Below, piece after piece: positions 35,580 through 47,162 of a stretch of DNA of 64,000 bases (position 1 is its first letter; each line of letters starts with the position of its first letter). The stretch lies in the IMG/VR virus record IMGVR_UViG_3300037634_007270. The stretch is one strand, 5' to 3'. The notes under the pieces were generated by a model, which was not told where the DNA came from, did no database searches, and saw only the letters and a list, made by a program, of their open reading frames with translations. The translations under genes were made by a program, and so were the position numbers. This stretch comes from an uncultured virus (IMG/VR IMGVR_UViG_3300037634_007270) (lineage: Duplodnaviria; Heunggongvirae; Uroviricota; Caudoviricetes).

Positions 35580-38500
35580 ATGCCGCTCCCCAGTCAATTT
35601 GATGCCGAACCATTCATTAAACTAGCACAGGCTATTTATGGAGAGCTTAGGTTCGGATTAGAACCAATTAATGTTTTTGAGCAGACGCCAAACACGCCAG
35701 ATTCTGGAATAAATGGTGAATTCTTATATTTTCTACACGATAATTATTATAATCGTCCGGATGCTCCAACATATGTTTATGGCAAAACCGGCACTTATAT
35801 CCCCCATGTTTTTGATGTTATAAACTATCACACCGTCGGATCTCAAGACGGCGACGGTACAGATCGGGTATTTTATGATCCTGTTAAAATTTATGACAAG
35901 ATGGTTGAGATCTCCGATCAAGCTGGCATGCCTGTTCCATCACCTGCCAGAAGTGACGAAATGGCAACTTGGGCACAACAGATTGAATTTATGGCACAAC
36001 TGGTGCACCAGTGCAAGCTCATGAGCCAGAAAGGAGAAGATTGGCTTCGGCCCCTGTGTGGCTCCGAGAAAACAGACGATTTTCCTCCCACCTCCCCTTG
36101 CAGCTGGCAGCCCAACCATGGCACATGGAAAGACTTTTTATATGAGCCAGGAGAAGTTGCTCGATGGGATCCCCTCACTGCAACCGGCGAGTGGGAGCGG
36201 TACGAGGGAGAAGACAGTATGACACAGTATGACGGAGCTACCGTCGCTGGCCATGCTACAAGGAGTAGTACCACCGCGAAAAATACAGAGATTGCAATTA
36301 CTTATACAGATCCGACAGCATTAGATCACGAAGGTAATCCCGCGCAAACTAATATGGATCCTAGATTTGTCCTCCATGACGACCATTATCCATCGAGTGT
36401 GCACAATATTGGCAATGGAAGTTTAGAGTTTATTGATTATCACACCGATAAGTATAAAGAGAACTTCAAAGGCGGCGGCAGTGATTATCGGCCTTTTGCG
36501 TGGTTGGAGTGGTCAGTGCAGGCTGATTTTGAGGCTTTCTTGTTCTGGCTAGCCAACCTTATTGAGCTTTTGGAGCAATCTTTTATACATAAAGATGCAG
36601 CAGGAAATGTTATTGAGCCAGTTTATGGCTCCCCTATTTTTACCTATGGCAAAAATGCCATGGGAAGATCTTATTATACAAATATGTCAAGCGAAGACAT
36701 CACCGCCGCCCGGGCCCAGATTGCAAATACAGATACTTCTGTTCGTGCGTTCTTGGATATACCGAAAGAGCTAAAAGACTGGTGGCTGAACTTTTTTGAT
36801 GACGCCGCATCAGCCCCTCTTATGGGTGGGTTAACTGAAGAAGATATTGCAGCAGCCAAGGCAGCAACCGCGGAGGACGCAGGAGGCGTATACGGCTTAT
36901 CTGATGAGGAGTACGAAGAGGCATTAGAAGAAGGAATCGCTCTCGGAACTTGCGAAGATCCAGCAGAACCGGCGCCGGAAGAGTGCATCCCGCCGATATG
37001 CGCAGAAGATCCTAATAGTATAATTCCGAATTGGAGATATCTGGATGATGGAGTCTTTTTAAATAAGAGAACATGCCGCTATAATGCTAGCGTAAATACT
37101 GGCGAAATGGACGCGTCCATAGTTAACGATCCAGCATCCTTAGAAAGTTTTTTAACAGAACAGGCATCCCGTGGCCTTGATCTGATTTTGGATCATGCTG
37201 GAAAAAGCCCAGTAGATCCTTCGACTTTCGAAACCTTGCTGGAAGATACAGATGCTGAAAATTATTTTGTTGATGTCCGGCCTTTGATGCCAATTAAAGC
37301 TTTAGTTACGGTGCCTGTAGAATTGATTGACGGTATGATTTTCATACCTGATGTAGAAGAAGAAGAAATTCCAATTGGGCCTTCTGGGGTTATTTTAGAA
37401 TCTCCGCTAATACGGCGCATGGTAAGGAGAGTCAGGGAAGGGTTCCGATATTACGGAATTAAATATGCAGCCTGGTCTCATGAAACAGGAGAGCTTATAG
37501 ATGGATTCAATCCTGTTATAGAATCCACAAAACTACAAATGTTTGTTGTTGCATTAAATAAGTTATTGAATTATAATGGTTTTAAGCTTACTGGCAAGGG
37601 ATCTGCTGATAAAGTTGAATTAAGGTTTAATGAAAAATACGAGGTGACTTTCGCACAAGTTCACTGCGGAGATATGCAGTATCCTTTGACATGGAAGAAA
37701 AATGGCGATGATCTCGGAGCATTCAAGGAGTTGGATCCAATTGATGACATCCGAACCATGGCGTATGTCTCTAAGTTAGTTGAAATGCACACATTCGTGG
37801 CAGCTAGGGAGCCTGGAGAGTGGCATGAATTTTTTACCACATTCACCTATCCAAAAATTGAAATTTCAGATATCAACCTCGAAGAGCCAATAGGCACTCC
37901 CGTGTTGGCAGATGGCCCATTGGCAGACGCTGCACAAGCAATTGTCAACGAGATAATGAGCCTTCCGGATGCAATAGAGGCAAAGTTTGCATCACAGGTG
38001 TGTAGAGACAGGGAGGGCCAAGCAATACATGATGCAGACATAAATGAATTCGGCCAGAAGTTAAAAAGAGCGTTGCACGCTCAAGAAACTACGATGACTC
38101 TCGGCGATGATACTTTCATAAACCTCCCAGAAGTAATCGGCCTTATAGCAGAAAGTGGCGATATTCATGAATTTTATTCAAACCTTTTAGACAAGCTCGG
38201 AGCTTGCGGCCTGCTGGATCTTTTGAGTGCGGCAATGGCATGCCTGATGGACGGAATAGATCTTACAGATGCCTATGATGTTATTGTTCGTGCTGCGATA
38301 GAGGCTATGGATCAGACAGTAATGCCCCTCCTCGCTGCGGGATTACCAGAAGACAAAAAAGAAGAAATAAAGGGGAAACTTGCTGAAGAGTTTGGAGACT
38401 TACCGCCACCATGGGAGGCTGGCTATAATCCCGGAAGCTATAATTATCATGTACCTTCAGAAGATGAAGATGGCAACCCGGTTGAAGAGGAAACGATAGC

Positions 38501-41500
38501 CGAAGAAACAGCACAATATAGAATTGAGGCAACCGACTCGCTAGCGTTCGGGAACTCCAAACAATTCGGTGGTGCTGGCACCATTGGAACAGCGGCAGCA
38601 AATGTGACTGATGCGTACCTTAACGCATATAAAGAGGCAATTCTCGAATTCGTTGATACAGATACTTTGCTTGAAGCGCTAGCGCCTCTCCCAGGCGCCG
38701 AGCTTATTGCTAGTATATTTAGTAACCCGGCTTGTCCTATGCCTCCTCTATTTAATCCCCCCCTGAATGAATTCTTCAAGACGATGGAGTTGGACTTCTG
38801 CCGCGGCCAATTTGGCATCGAATGGCCAAAGTTTCGAAAGATCAGGCCAATCCCAGATTTTTTAAAGATGTTGATGGAGGCATTGCTTGAAGTATTGATG
38901 ACGCTGGCAATCAAGATCATCATCGCTCTGTTACAAATGATATTAGACATTCTTCTTGGCGCGTTATGTGACATTCTTGGCCTTTTGGGAGATCTCGCCG
39001 CCGCGGCGCTTGGGGCAGAAAATGAGTTCGCAAAATCTCTTGATTCTATTCTTGACGATCCTCTATTATCTACCGCGCTGGCAGACGAAGCAACAATAAA
39101 TAATGCAGCAGGTAATCTTTTCGCCTCCATAGGGAGATCGTGCACGGATCCGGCTGACATACCTAATTCTGATGAAATAGCTGATTTTATATCAAATATG
39201 AGCATTGTTTTAACACAGGGGGAGTTGGTAAACCTGCTCAACGCGAACGCCTCAGATGAAGTAATTAGGGTTATAAAACAAGTAATCAAATTCCAAAATC
39301 CAAAGTTTAAATGCATTATGCCAAATAAAACTGCAATTGAGGAGTTCTTTAAGAATTTGGGTTCAATGCTTGATCCAGAATTTAAAACACAGGCAGCCAC
39401 AGTAGGCCGGCCCATTTACCCATCTCTATGTGGCACGCCAGAGAATCTTGAAAAAATAAACAAATTGCGTTGCGATTTGTTATCAGAAAAAGGCTTGTCG
39501 CCAGAAGCTTGCGAAAAGCAGATTAGCGACTTGAAAGATCAGGCGCTTTCTGATTTGGCTACATTGGCAAATATTGTTCAGAACGGCCCTCTTGCAAACA
39601 TGCCCACAATTATGGACGACCCCTCCAATTGCGATACTCCACCAGGTATTTTGCCTAGGGACTCAGATGTTCCTGGTGGTACCAATATTACTCAGAGAGT
39701 AATAGTCGATTCCTTGTTTGGTGTTATGGAGTCTGAATTTGCAGACGACTTAGTGCGCCGCGGCGGCTTTCTTACGATGGTGTTGAGCGACAAACACGGA
39801 AGGAACTTGACTGCGCACAATTATCATGTCTTTTGGACAATGGTGATGAGTCTGACTGTGGCTGGCGCCACACATGAGGATCTTTTCCCAACAACAGTTA
39901 GCAACTATTTAAAAGAGGGAGTTTGGGGCAATGGCACCAATGGCCCTGGAACTTCAACTCACGATCCGTCTGGCACCCAAAGTTTCTTGCAAAATTCCTT
40001 TACTGACAACACTAGCGATCCGGATGCATACGACTTGACGCTTGGTTATGCTAATTATTATCCCAAGGATCACTACAAATACTACAGTTTTGAATTAGGC
40101 TATCAACATTCGGATCACAGAGAAGACGCAGAAGCTTATACGCTAAACAATAGATATCAGATAGGAATATCGGAGATTTTCAATTATAATGTTGAAACAT
40201 CATCTGATGCTGCTACCGGTACGCAAACCGTTCAGGATACATCATATGTGATAAAAGGCGAGGATGAAATCCCAGCAGAGATTGTGGAATATATAGAAGA
40301 TACTCTGGGGCTGGATATAGAGTTGGACATCACCGCGCCTGATAGAATCTCCCCTCAAGCAGCGGTATTTGGGAGATATATAGAGTGGATATTAAGAAAC
40401 AGAGCCGATGCATCTGGCCCTGAAGCTGATATCGACGCAATAACTGAGATATGTCAAACTGATATGTTTGAATATATTAATAATGAATTTTTCAAGAAGT
40501 TTGCGAAAACCTTGAGAGACCCGACTAATCATGCCTTTTACTATGGCGCTGGAACATTTTCTGGAAATACTCCCACTCAGTTTGCCCCAACAAAGATAGA
40601 CTTAGATGAGCATCATACACACCCAGTTACCGGGGAACCCATACCTTTAGAACCGTTGGCTTTTGGCGGAAACGAGTACCTTCCTGCCTTCTATATGCAG
40701 CCCAACCAAAATCGCCCTGGATGGCATGGCATTGCAGGCAAAATGATACCAGAGTGGGATAAATGCGAACCTCGTAGAAAGCACATTATAAGGTTCGATG
40801 ATATAACCGATCATATTGAGACTCTGAAAAACGAGTTGCCAGATGATCCTAGGTTTGATCAGGATCCTTTTTGTAGGACAGAGCCTCCCTGTTCCAAATT
40901 AATTCCGCGAGCAACACTAGCGATGATTAGCGGCTATATACTCGCAACTATAAGAATTTATACCACAGAAGTTTATCTCAAATCAGCAGCCACATTTCTA
41001 ACATTTAATGGGGACTTCCCAGAAGTGTATAGTGATGCTTTGTCTAGGTTCATTACCAAAGAATTTAAGGATGGATTTTATCAATATTCGAAGAAAGGGT
41101 GGGGAAAAGCAAGAAATAATGAATATTGGTATCGTTTCCTGGAGATGGCTGTACAGCTTTTTGGCGCCAATGTAGATGGCGGCAGAATAGAGCCAACGAT
41201 AGATGAGATAGAAGCAATGGATATGATTAATTCTTTGCAGAAAATATGGCTTAAAGATACAGATCCTCCCAGCGGGAAGGAGTATGCCGGCACAGGAGCA
41301 ATACTGACAAAAAGTCAGCCGCCCTCGCTTATGATGAAGGCTGTCGCTTTCCTCGGCGCCGACCCCCACCCTTCTCTCGCGCTTTCCGAGGAAGACACCC
41401 TTAAAGAATCGGAAGCTAAAAAAATTAAAGAAAAAGCTTGGGATCTATTCATGCAAGAGATAGAGCCATATGCGATAACCCTTTTAAGTCGATCTGTAAT

Positions 41501-42857
41501 AAGAGAGATTGAGTTTATATCTAAGGAATTTTCTTCAAGACTTCCTCCAAAATATAGAACTATGTCTCAAGCATTGTTAGGGGATCCGTATTGGATACAG
41601 GGAAACCTTGAATTCGGTGAGTCAGCAGATCCAGAAGACGAGCCCGTCATGACGGCAGATACAAATCCATTTAATGTTGTACCACATGTGGCAGTCACTC
41701 CTTCGGGCGGCATGCTGGATGCCCCACCGGCTACAAGCGTAACAGATCCTCTAGGAGCTACTCATGAGCTGCCCGTCTCCAACGCGTGGGTACAAGGGGG
41801 CGCTCATGACTACTGGCCGTTTGCATTAGAAAAGTTCATATCAGTTACAGATTATGAAGTTAGTGACTTTGCCGACGAAGATGAGGCAGAGCTAGCTAGT
41901 AAATATGGTACACTAATAAGCGTGTCTGGCGTTAAAGTGCCAGAAGTTTGGTATAACATTGTTAAAAACAGAAATTCGAATTTGTATGATGTTGTGAATA
42001 TGGAGGAATTTAGTAATTATCTGTCAGCCAGCTCGGCTGCATTTGGCACCCTAACAAGAGGAGATTTGTGGAGAAAGTGGTCCTACGGCTTGCGAGTTAT
42101 CTTTGTCCCAAATAAAAATTATACCGGTGCTCTGCCAAATCTTAGAGAGAATTTCAGTGAAGTTGCAAAGAATATAACTGGTGTAGTCAAGCAGGATAAT
42201 AAGGCATTTTCTATCGGAAGTGATTCTGATTTGGAACTTAATACATTTAATGTCCCTCTAGCCAGAGGGCTGCTGGATATTGATATGACATGGACAGCGC
42301 ATGACACTTCTTGGGCTGTAAGTTATGATTATGATGGAGGCTTCACCGCGTTAGTACAAGATTTAGTTTGTAGTCCATCTTATAGAATGATATTTGAGTA
42401 TTGTTTTAATTTGCCGAGAATGGCATCCATCATGGCAATATACACTAGTAGGGCATTCTTGCCTTCCATTGGCGCATCAGAGGAGGGCTCCCCTAGCCCT
42501 GCAAATGATGGGTGGGAGGCAAAAAAAGAGATCATGAACGCGTTCACCTGGCTCAGTGATTATTACGGCGGCGGGAGTGAAATGTCTTGGTTCGCCATTG
42601 ACTATGCAGACTGGAATCAGGGGAAAATATTCGACAGGACAAAAGAATTAGCTTCAGAGATGTTTGGGGAGCTATATGAATCAGCTGACCCTACTTATAT
42701 GGGAGACGATGATAAAGATAAGGAAAGAAAGGCAAACGAAGACAAGGGAGAATTTAATGTTCGATGGCCTAAGTTTAGTTGGAGATTGTGGCAAAAAGAA
42801 GTTGGGCGCCCGTATGATATGAATGGAGATCTCTGTTACAACCCAGAAGATGAATAG
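35580..42857 (+). CDS. very large acidic virion-associated protein (2425 aa)
   Basis: Uninterrupted ORF between the spike-like gene and the gp25-like gene. Confidence 0.7.
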   Translation: MPLPSQFDAEPFIKLAQAIYGELRFGLEPINVFEQTPNTPDSGINGEFLYFLHDNYYNRPDAPTYVYGKTGTYIPHVFDVINYHTVGSQDGDGTDRVFYDPVKIYDKMVEISDQAGMPVPSPARSDEMATWAQQIEFMAQLVHQCKLMSQKGEDWLRPLCGSEKTDDFPPTSPCSWQPNHGTWKDFLYEPGEVARWDPLTATGEWERYEGEDSMTQYDGATVAGHATRSSTTAKNTEIAITYTDPTALDHEGNPAQTNMDPRFVLHDDHYPSSVHNIGNGSLEFIDYHTDKYKENFKGGGSDYRPFAWLEWSVQADFEAFLFWLANLIELLEQSFIHKDAAGNVIEPVYGSPIFTYGKNAMGRSYYTNMSSEDITAARAQIANTDTSVRAFLDIPKELKDWWLNFFDDAASAPLMGGLTEEDIAAAKAATAEDAGGVYGLSDEEYEEALEEGIALGTCEDPAEPAPEECIPPICAEDPNSIIPNWRYLDDGVFLNKRTCRYNASVNTGEMDASIVNDPASLESFLTEQASRGLDLILDHAGKSPVDPSTFETLLEDTDAENYFVDVRPLMPIKALVTVPVELIDGMIFIPDVEEEEIPIGPSGVILESPLIRRMVRRVREGFRYYGIKYAAWSHETGELIDGFNPVIESTKLQMFVVALNKLLNYNGFKLTGKGSADKVELRFNEKYEVTFAQVHCGDMQYPLTWKKNGDDLGAFKELDPIDDIRTMAYVSKLVEMHTFVAAREPGEWHEFFTTFTYPKIEISDINLEEPIGTPVLADGPLADAAQAIVNEIMSLPDAIEAKFASQVCRDREGQAIHDADINEFGQKLKRALHAQETTMTLGDDTFINLPEVIGLIAESGDIHEFYSNLLDKLGACGLLDLLSAAMACLMDGIDLTDAYDVIVRAAIEAMDQTVMPLLAAGLPEDKKEEIKGKLAEEFGDLPPPWEAGYNPGSYNYHVPSEDEDGNPVEEETIAEETAQYRIEATDSLAFGNSKQFGGAGTIGTAAANVTDAYLNAYKEAILEFVDTDTLLEALAPLPGAELIASIFSNPACPMPPLFNPPLNEFFKTMELDFCRGQFGIEWPKFRKIRPIPDFLKMLMEALLEVLMTLAIKIIIALLQMILDILLGALCDILGLLGDLAAAALGAENEFAKSLDSILDDPLLSTALADEATINNAAGNLFASIGRSCTDPADIPNSDEIADFISNMSIVLTQGELVNLLNANASDEVIRVIKQVIKFQNPKFKCIMPNKTAIEEFFKNLGSMLDPEFKTQAATVGRPIYPSLCGTPENLEKINKLRCDLLSEKGLSPEACEKQISDLKDQALSDLATLANIVQNGPLANMPTIMDDPSNCDTPPGILPRDSDVPGGTNITQRVIVDSLFGVMESEFADDLVRRGGFLTMVLSDKHGRNLTAHNYHVFWTMVMSLTVAGATHEDLFPTTVSNYLKEGVWGNGTNGPGTSTHDPSGTQSFLQNSFTDNTSDPDAYDLTLGYANYYPKDHYKYYSFELGYQHSDHREDAEAYTLNNRYQIGISEIFNYNVETSSDAATGTQTVQDTSYVIKGEDEIPAEIVEYIEDTLGLDIELDITAPDRISPQAAVFGRYIEWILRNRADASGPEADIDAITEICQTDMFEYINNEFFKKFAKTLRDPTNHAFYYGAGTFSGNTPTQFAPTKIDLDEHHTHPVTGEPIPLEPLAFGGNEYLPAFYMQPNQNRPGWHGIAGKMIPEWDKCEPRRKHIIRFDDITDHIETLKNELPDDPRFDQDPFCRTEPPCSKLIPRATLAMISGYILATIRIYTTEVYLKSAATFLTFNGDFPEVYSDALSRFITKEFKDGFYQYSKKGWGKARNNEYWYRFLEMAVQLFGANVDGGRIEPTIDEIEAMDMINSLQKIWLKDTDPPSGKEYAGTGAILTKSQPPSLMMKAVAFLGADPHPSLALSEEDTLKESEAKKIKEKAWDLFMQEIEPYAITLLSRSVIREIEFISKEFSSRLPPKYRTMSQALLGDPYWIQGNLEFGESADPEDEPVMTADTNPFNVVPHVAVTPSGGMLDAPPATSVTDPLGATHELPVSNAWVQGGAHDYWPFALEKFISVTDYEVSDFADEDEAELASKYGTLISVSGVKVPEVWYNIVKNRNSNLYDVVNMEEFSNYLSASSAAFGTLTRGDLWRKWSYGLRVIFVPNKNYTGALPNLRENFSEVAKNITGVVKQDNKAFSIGSDSDLELNTFNVPLARGLLDIDMTWTAHDTSWAVSYDYDGGFTALVQDLVCSPSYRMIFEYCFNLPRMASIMAIYTSRAFLPSIGASEEGSPSPANDGWEAKKEIMNAFTWLSDYYGGGSEMSWFAIDYADWNQGKIFDRTKELASEMFGELYESADPTYMGDDDKDKERKANEDKGEFNVRWPKFSWRLWQKEVGRPYDMNGDLCYNPEDE

Positions 42858-42881
42858 CGTGATTAAAAGGAGAAAGTAAAA

Positions 42882-43271
42882 ATGTCAGGTATTGGTGCAG
42901 CACTCCCCTTGGAGATTTCATATGAAGATGGGCCCTATGGTCTGCTTAAGACAATTAAACAGGTTGCTGCGCAGAATTTAAAGATGCTAATTTTTACAAA
43001 TCCTGGCGAAAGAGTCATGGATCCTGACTTTGGCGTGGGAATTAGGACATATCTATTTCTTCAAAATCACGAGAGAGTCTATGCCACCTTAGAAACGGAA
43101 ATATTTGAGCAGGTGTCTAAATATATCCCATATGTATCAATCCGAAAAATTTATTTGAACACGCCACTAACAAATCCGGAGATACCAGATAACTTTTTAG
43201 GACTGAGAATAGAGTATATTATACAGCCTTTTGGCTCTTCCAATGTTTTGTCGCTATCAATTTCGGCTTAA
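42882..43271 (+). CDS. baseplate wedge / sheath initiator, T4 gp25-like
   Basis: NLKMLIFTNPGERVMDPDFGVGI signature. Confidence 0.9.
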   Translation: MSGIGAALPLEISYEDGPYGLLKTIKQVAAQNLKMLIFTNPGERVMDPDFGVGIRTYLFLQNHERVYATLETEIFEQVSKYIPYVSIRKIYLNTPLTNPEIPDNFLGLRIEYIIQPFGSSNVLSLSISA

Positions 43272-43274
43272 TTA

Positions 43275-43282
43275 ACTATTTA
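43275..43282 (+). promoter_or_regulatory. ACTATTTA candidate late promoter motif
   Basis: Intergenic, upstream of a baseplate gene. Confidence 0.65.
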
Positions 43283-43303
43283 CTGTGAGAAGGAACATTA
43301 TAC

Positions 43304-45100
43304 ATGGCAAACAAGAAAATCCCTATTAGGTATACGAGCAAAGATTTCAATGAAATTAAGAGCGACTTAGTAGAATATGCAAGACGCTATTATCCAGAAA
43401 CTTATAAGGACTTCAATCAGGCTTCTTTCGGCTCTTTGATGCTGGATACTGTTGCATATGCAGGAGATGTATTATCTTTCTACTTGGACTATCAGACGAA
43501 TGAATCTTTCCTAGATACTGCTGTTGAATACGATAATATTGTCAGAGTCGGTCGGCAATTGGGGTACAAACATGCTGAAAATTCCGTATCAACTGGAGTG
43601 GCTACGCTTTATGTTATAATCCCAGCAAATGACACTGGATTGGGCCCAAACATGAATTATCTTCCGATATTGAAGCGAGGATCAACATTAACATCTAAAA
43701 ATGGAAATACATATGTTTTAGATGAAGATGTTAGATTCGACAACCCAAACAGCGACACTGTTGTGGCGAGAGTTAATAATTCGACGGGAGTTCCAACTTC
43801 CTATGCTGTAAAGAATTATGGAAAAGTGGTTTCCGGCGAGTTCAGTAGAGAGAATATAATTCTGGGACAATTTCAGAAATTCCGAAAAGTTAAATTAGCA
43901 TCAACAAGAATTTCTGAAATCATATCAGTTTTTGATTCAGAGGGACACGAATATTTTCAAGTTGATCATCTCACTCAAAATGTTGTATATAAGTCTGTCA
44001 CAAATTATGGCGATGATAACACTACTGTTCCGACAATACTAAAACCATTCGTTGTTCCTAGAAGGTTTACTCTTGAGAAAATAGATGGCAAGTTTTATTT
44101 GCAGTTTGGCTATGGTTCTGACTCTGAGCTAAACACTTCTTCGATAGCAGAGCCCAGCGAATTGGTACTGAAGATGCATTCTAGGAATTACATAACAGAT
44201 AGCACATTCGATCCAGCAAAGCTTTTGGATACAGATAAATTTGGAGTAGCCCCGGCAAACACTACTTTGACAGTATCTTATAGAGCCAACTCAAGAGAGA
44301 ACACTAATGCTGCTATTGGTGCCCTCAACAGAGTCTCTTCGGCAGTGTTAGATTTTGCTGATCCGACATTGGTGTCGAGTAAAGTAAGGAATCAAATTAA
44401 ATCATCTTTTGAGGCATCCAATGAAGAGGCTATCGTTGGTAGTGTTACTGGCATTTCAAAAGAAGAATATAGAATGAGGGCGATTGATCATTTCGCGACT
44501 CAAAATAGGGCAGTAACATTACAGGATTTTGAAGCCATTGCTTATGGCATGCCGTCAAGTCTGGGCGCAGTCAAGAGAGTAAGGGTGTTGAGAGATCCGG
44601 ATTCGTTTAAGAGAAATCTAAATATGTATGTTCTAGCTGAAAATGATTTCAGCCTTTTGACGATTCCTAGCAGCACCCTTAAAGAAAATTTAAAAATGTG
44701 GCTTAACAAATATAAAATGATACACGACACAATAGACATATTAGATGGCAAGGTCGTTAATTTTGGGATAAAGTTTTCAGCAATTTCACACCCAGATGTT
44801 AATAAATATAAAGTTTTATCAGATGCACAAAGAGCTTTGGCTGTTGAATTTAGGCACCCAAAATATATGGGAGAGCCGGTATATGTAACTGATGTATATA
44901 ATATTTTAAACAAACGAGTTCCCGGCATCGTTGATGTAAAGAATGTGGAGATTGTTCCGAAAACAGGGGGACTATATTCAGATTACGGTTTTGACTTCGC
45001 GGAAAATCTTTCGGCAGATGGCAGATATCTTATGGTTCCTGAAAATGTTGCCATGGAGCTAAAATTTGCCAATTCCGATATCAGAGGAACGATAGAATAA
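43304..45100 (+). CDS. baseplate wedge subunit, T4 gp6/baseplate J-like
   Basis: DFNEIKSDL, LSFYLD...NESFLDTA, LQFG and QNRAVTLQDF motifs. Confidence 0.88.
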   Translation: MANKKIPIRYTSKDFNEIKSDLVEYARRYYPETYKDFNQASFGSLMLDTVAYAGDVLSFYLDYQTNESFLDTAVEYDNIVRVGRQLGYKHAENSVSTGVATLYVIIPANDTGLGPNMNYLPILKRGSTLTSKNGNTYVLDEDVRFDNPNSDTVVARVNNSTGVPTSYAVKNYGKVVSGEFSRENIILGQFQKFRKVKLASTRISEIISVFDSEGHEYFQVDHLTQNVVYKSVTNYGDDNTTVPTILKPFVVPRRFTLEKIDGKFYLQFGYGSDSELNTSSIAEPSELVLKMHSRNYITDSTFDPAKLLDTDKFGVAPANTTLTVSYRANSRENTNAAIGALNRVSSAVLDFADPTLVSSKVRNQIKSSFEASNEEAIVGSVTGISKEEYRMRAIDHFATQNRAVTLQDFEAIAYGMPSSLGAVKRVRVLRDPDSFKRNLNMYVLAENDFSLLTIPSSTLKENLKMWLNKYKMIHDTIDILDGKVVNFGIKFSAISHPDVNKYKVLSDAQRALAVEFRHPKYMGEPVYVTDVYNILNKRVPGIVDVKNVEIVPKTGGLYSDYGFDFAENLSADGRYLMVPENVAMELKFANSDIRGTIE

Positions 45101-47154
45101 TGGCTATTAAAAGATATTATGCAAGTGCAGACAATACAATAACTAATGCATTTCAAGGCGATCTAAAAACCCGAGGCACCGGTGCGAATATGGGGCTTTC
45201 TGATATACTAGAAGTGTATTCTATCTATGGGCAGGAATCATCGGGCTCACAAGAGCTTTCGAGAGCGTTGATTAAATTTGATTTGAGCGGCGCCGCAAAT
45301 ACGATTAATTCGGATGCCACCGCAGGAAAGTTGAAACTGTCGGGCAAAGCTTCTTGTACTTTTGCCGGCACAACTGATTTAGAGGACGATGACGATTCAG
45401 AATTAATTATTAGGAACGCAGATGGAACATCGGTTACATTCACCACTGATAGCTCAAAGTCGATCAGCGCATCTACCGCAACCTTAATCGGCACGAGCGG
45501 GGCAGATACAACGGCAAAAGCAGCACAAGCTATGCATGTGGCATTTACTGCTGCAATCGCAGCCGGCACTCTAAAGATGACTCTCTCGCCGTCGTCATAT
45601 ACCGACGAGACTTCGATTGAGCTAACACAAAAGAAAAGAGGCTCGGCAGGAAACACCACTGTAACAATACCAGACAATATTACCGCGAACGGTACCGAGG
45701 GTGATGGATCTTCCGTAACCACATCGGCGTTTACTAACGGCACAAACGGCGCCAACTTTTATCTAAGGTTATTCAACGCTGAACATGGACAAACCCTTCC
45801 AAAAGACGCTATCTTGGTAACACAGGCAGTAACAGGTACATGGTTCGAGGGTAACGGATTGGACATGGAAGGGTATACGGATCTGACAAACGGCGCCGGT
45901 GGCTCTAATTGGGTTTATAGACAGGACGGCGATGAGGGCTCTAGGGTTGCTTGGGAAAGAGCAGGCGGCCGCTTCATAGAGTCTCCAGTATATACCGCAT
46001 CTTTTGGCGCTGGCACATCTGGTGTCACCGGCAGCGGCCCAACAGCAGATTTACAAATTAATGTTACGGATTTGGTGTACGAATGGTATGATTATGACAC
46101 GGCTTACGGCAAAAAGAATCACGGGTTCATTGTTCGTCTTACGGGATCACAAGAAGCTAAGTTTGAGTCAGGTGGATCAAGAGCGGGAACAGATCACAAT
46201 GGAATGATTAACAATGTTACTGGATCAACAACTTCATATTACACAAAGAAATTCTTTGCCCGAGGCACAGAATTCTTCTATAAACGCCCCTGCCTTGAGG
46301 CGCGCTGGAACGACGCGACGAAGGATGATACGGGAAACGCATGGTTTAGCAGTTCGCTAGCCCCACAGGCAGAGAATTTAAATACGATATACATGTATAA
46401 CTATGTCAGAGGGCAACTAAGAAACATTCCCGATATCGGTACTGGCCCTATTTGGGTAGAGCTTTATTCGGGCTCAATAGGGAACAATTCTCCATCAACA
46501 TCTTCGGTGTTGCTCCCACAGGGAGGAGGTGTAGTAGCCGCCGGAAATACAGTTATTACTGGAGGCTATGTCTCAACGGGCATATATTCTGCTTCTTTTG
46601 CAATCACATCCTCAACTAGTGATTATAATCCGCCTAGTCGTCTTTTTTCTTCGAATTTAACAAAAGTATATGCAGTGTGGGCAAATTGCGGAGGGCACAG
46701 CCAGACAGGAAGAATAGAATTTCTGACATCTTCCTTCTATCCCAAAAAATTCGACACACCTGCTCTAAACCCCGCTACTTCGTATGCACCCAACATTACT
46801 AATTTAAAATCTATATATTCTAAGAATGAGCAGGCAAGATTTAGGATTTACACCAGACAAAAAGATTGGAATCCAACTATTTATACAAAGGCGTCAACGG
46901 AGACAAAAACTTTAATTATTGATAGTGGTTCCTATAGTGTATATAGAATAATTGATGAGCTAGATGTGATACCGTATGGGACAGGAAGTTTGCTCCACAC
47001 ACAAATGTCATACGATGTCTCTGGTAATTATTTTGATTTAGATATGGGTATTTTCGAACCAGGATACGCATATGCAATCAAATTGGCTTACTATAATGGA
47101 TCCATAGGATCTTGGGTAGAGCAGCCAGAAACTTTCAAATTTAGAGTGGAGTAG
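45100..47154 (+). CDS. virion structural protein (DNRLRE-like beta domain with inserted module)
   Basis: YASADNTI, SRALIKFDL, INVTDLV and NHGFIVR; baseplate context. Confidence 0.6.
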   Translation: MAIKRYYASADNTITNAFQGDLKTRGTGANMGLSDILEVYSIYGQESSGSQELSRALIKFDLSGAANTINSDATAGKLKLSGKASCTFAGTTDLEDDDDSELIIRNADGTSVTFTTDSSKSISASTATLIGTSGADTTAKAAQAMHVAFTAAIAAGTLKMTLSPSSYTDETSIELTQKKRGSAGNTTVTIPDNITANGTEGDGSSVTTSAFTNGTNGANFYLRLFNAEHGQTLPKDAILVTQAVTGTWFEGNGLDMEGYTDLTNGAGGSNWVYRQDGDEGSRVAWERAGGRFIESPVYTASFGAGTSGVTGSGPTADLQINVTDLVYEWYDYDTAYGKKNHGFIVRLTGSQEAKFESGGSRAGTDHNGMINNVTGSTTSYYTKKFFARGTEFFYKRPCLEARWNDATKDDTGNAWFSSSLAPQAENLNTIYMYNYVRGQLRNIPDIGTGPIWVELYSGSIGNNSPSTSSVLLPQGGGVVAAGNTVITGGYVSTGIYSASFAITSSTSDYNPPSRLFSSNLTKVYAVWANCGGHSQTGRIEFLTSSFYPKKFDTPALNPATSYAPNITNLKSIYSKNEQARFRIYTRQKDWNPTIYTKASTETKTLIIDSGSYSVYRIIDELDVIPYGTGSLLHTQMSYDVSGNYFDLDMGIFEPGYAYAIKLAYYNGSIGSWVEQPETFKFRVE

Positions 47155-47162
47155 GTTAACTT

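Noticed and set aside
38447..39415. 322-aa minus-strand ORF and the other antisense ORFs
   Set aside because: They lie opposite long plus-strand genes and have no recognisable motifs.
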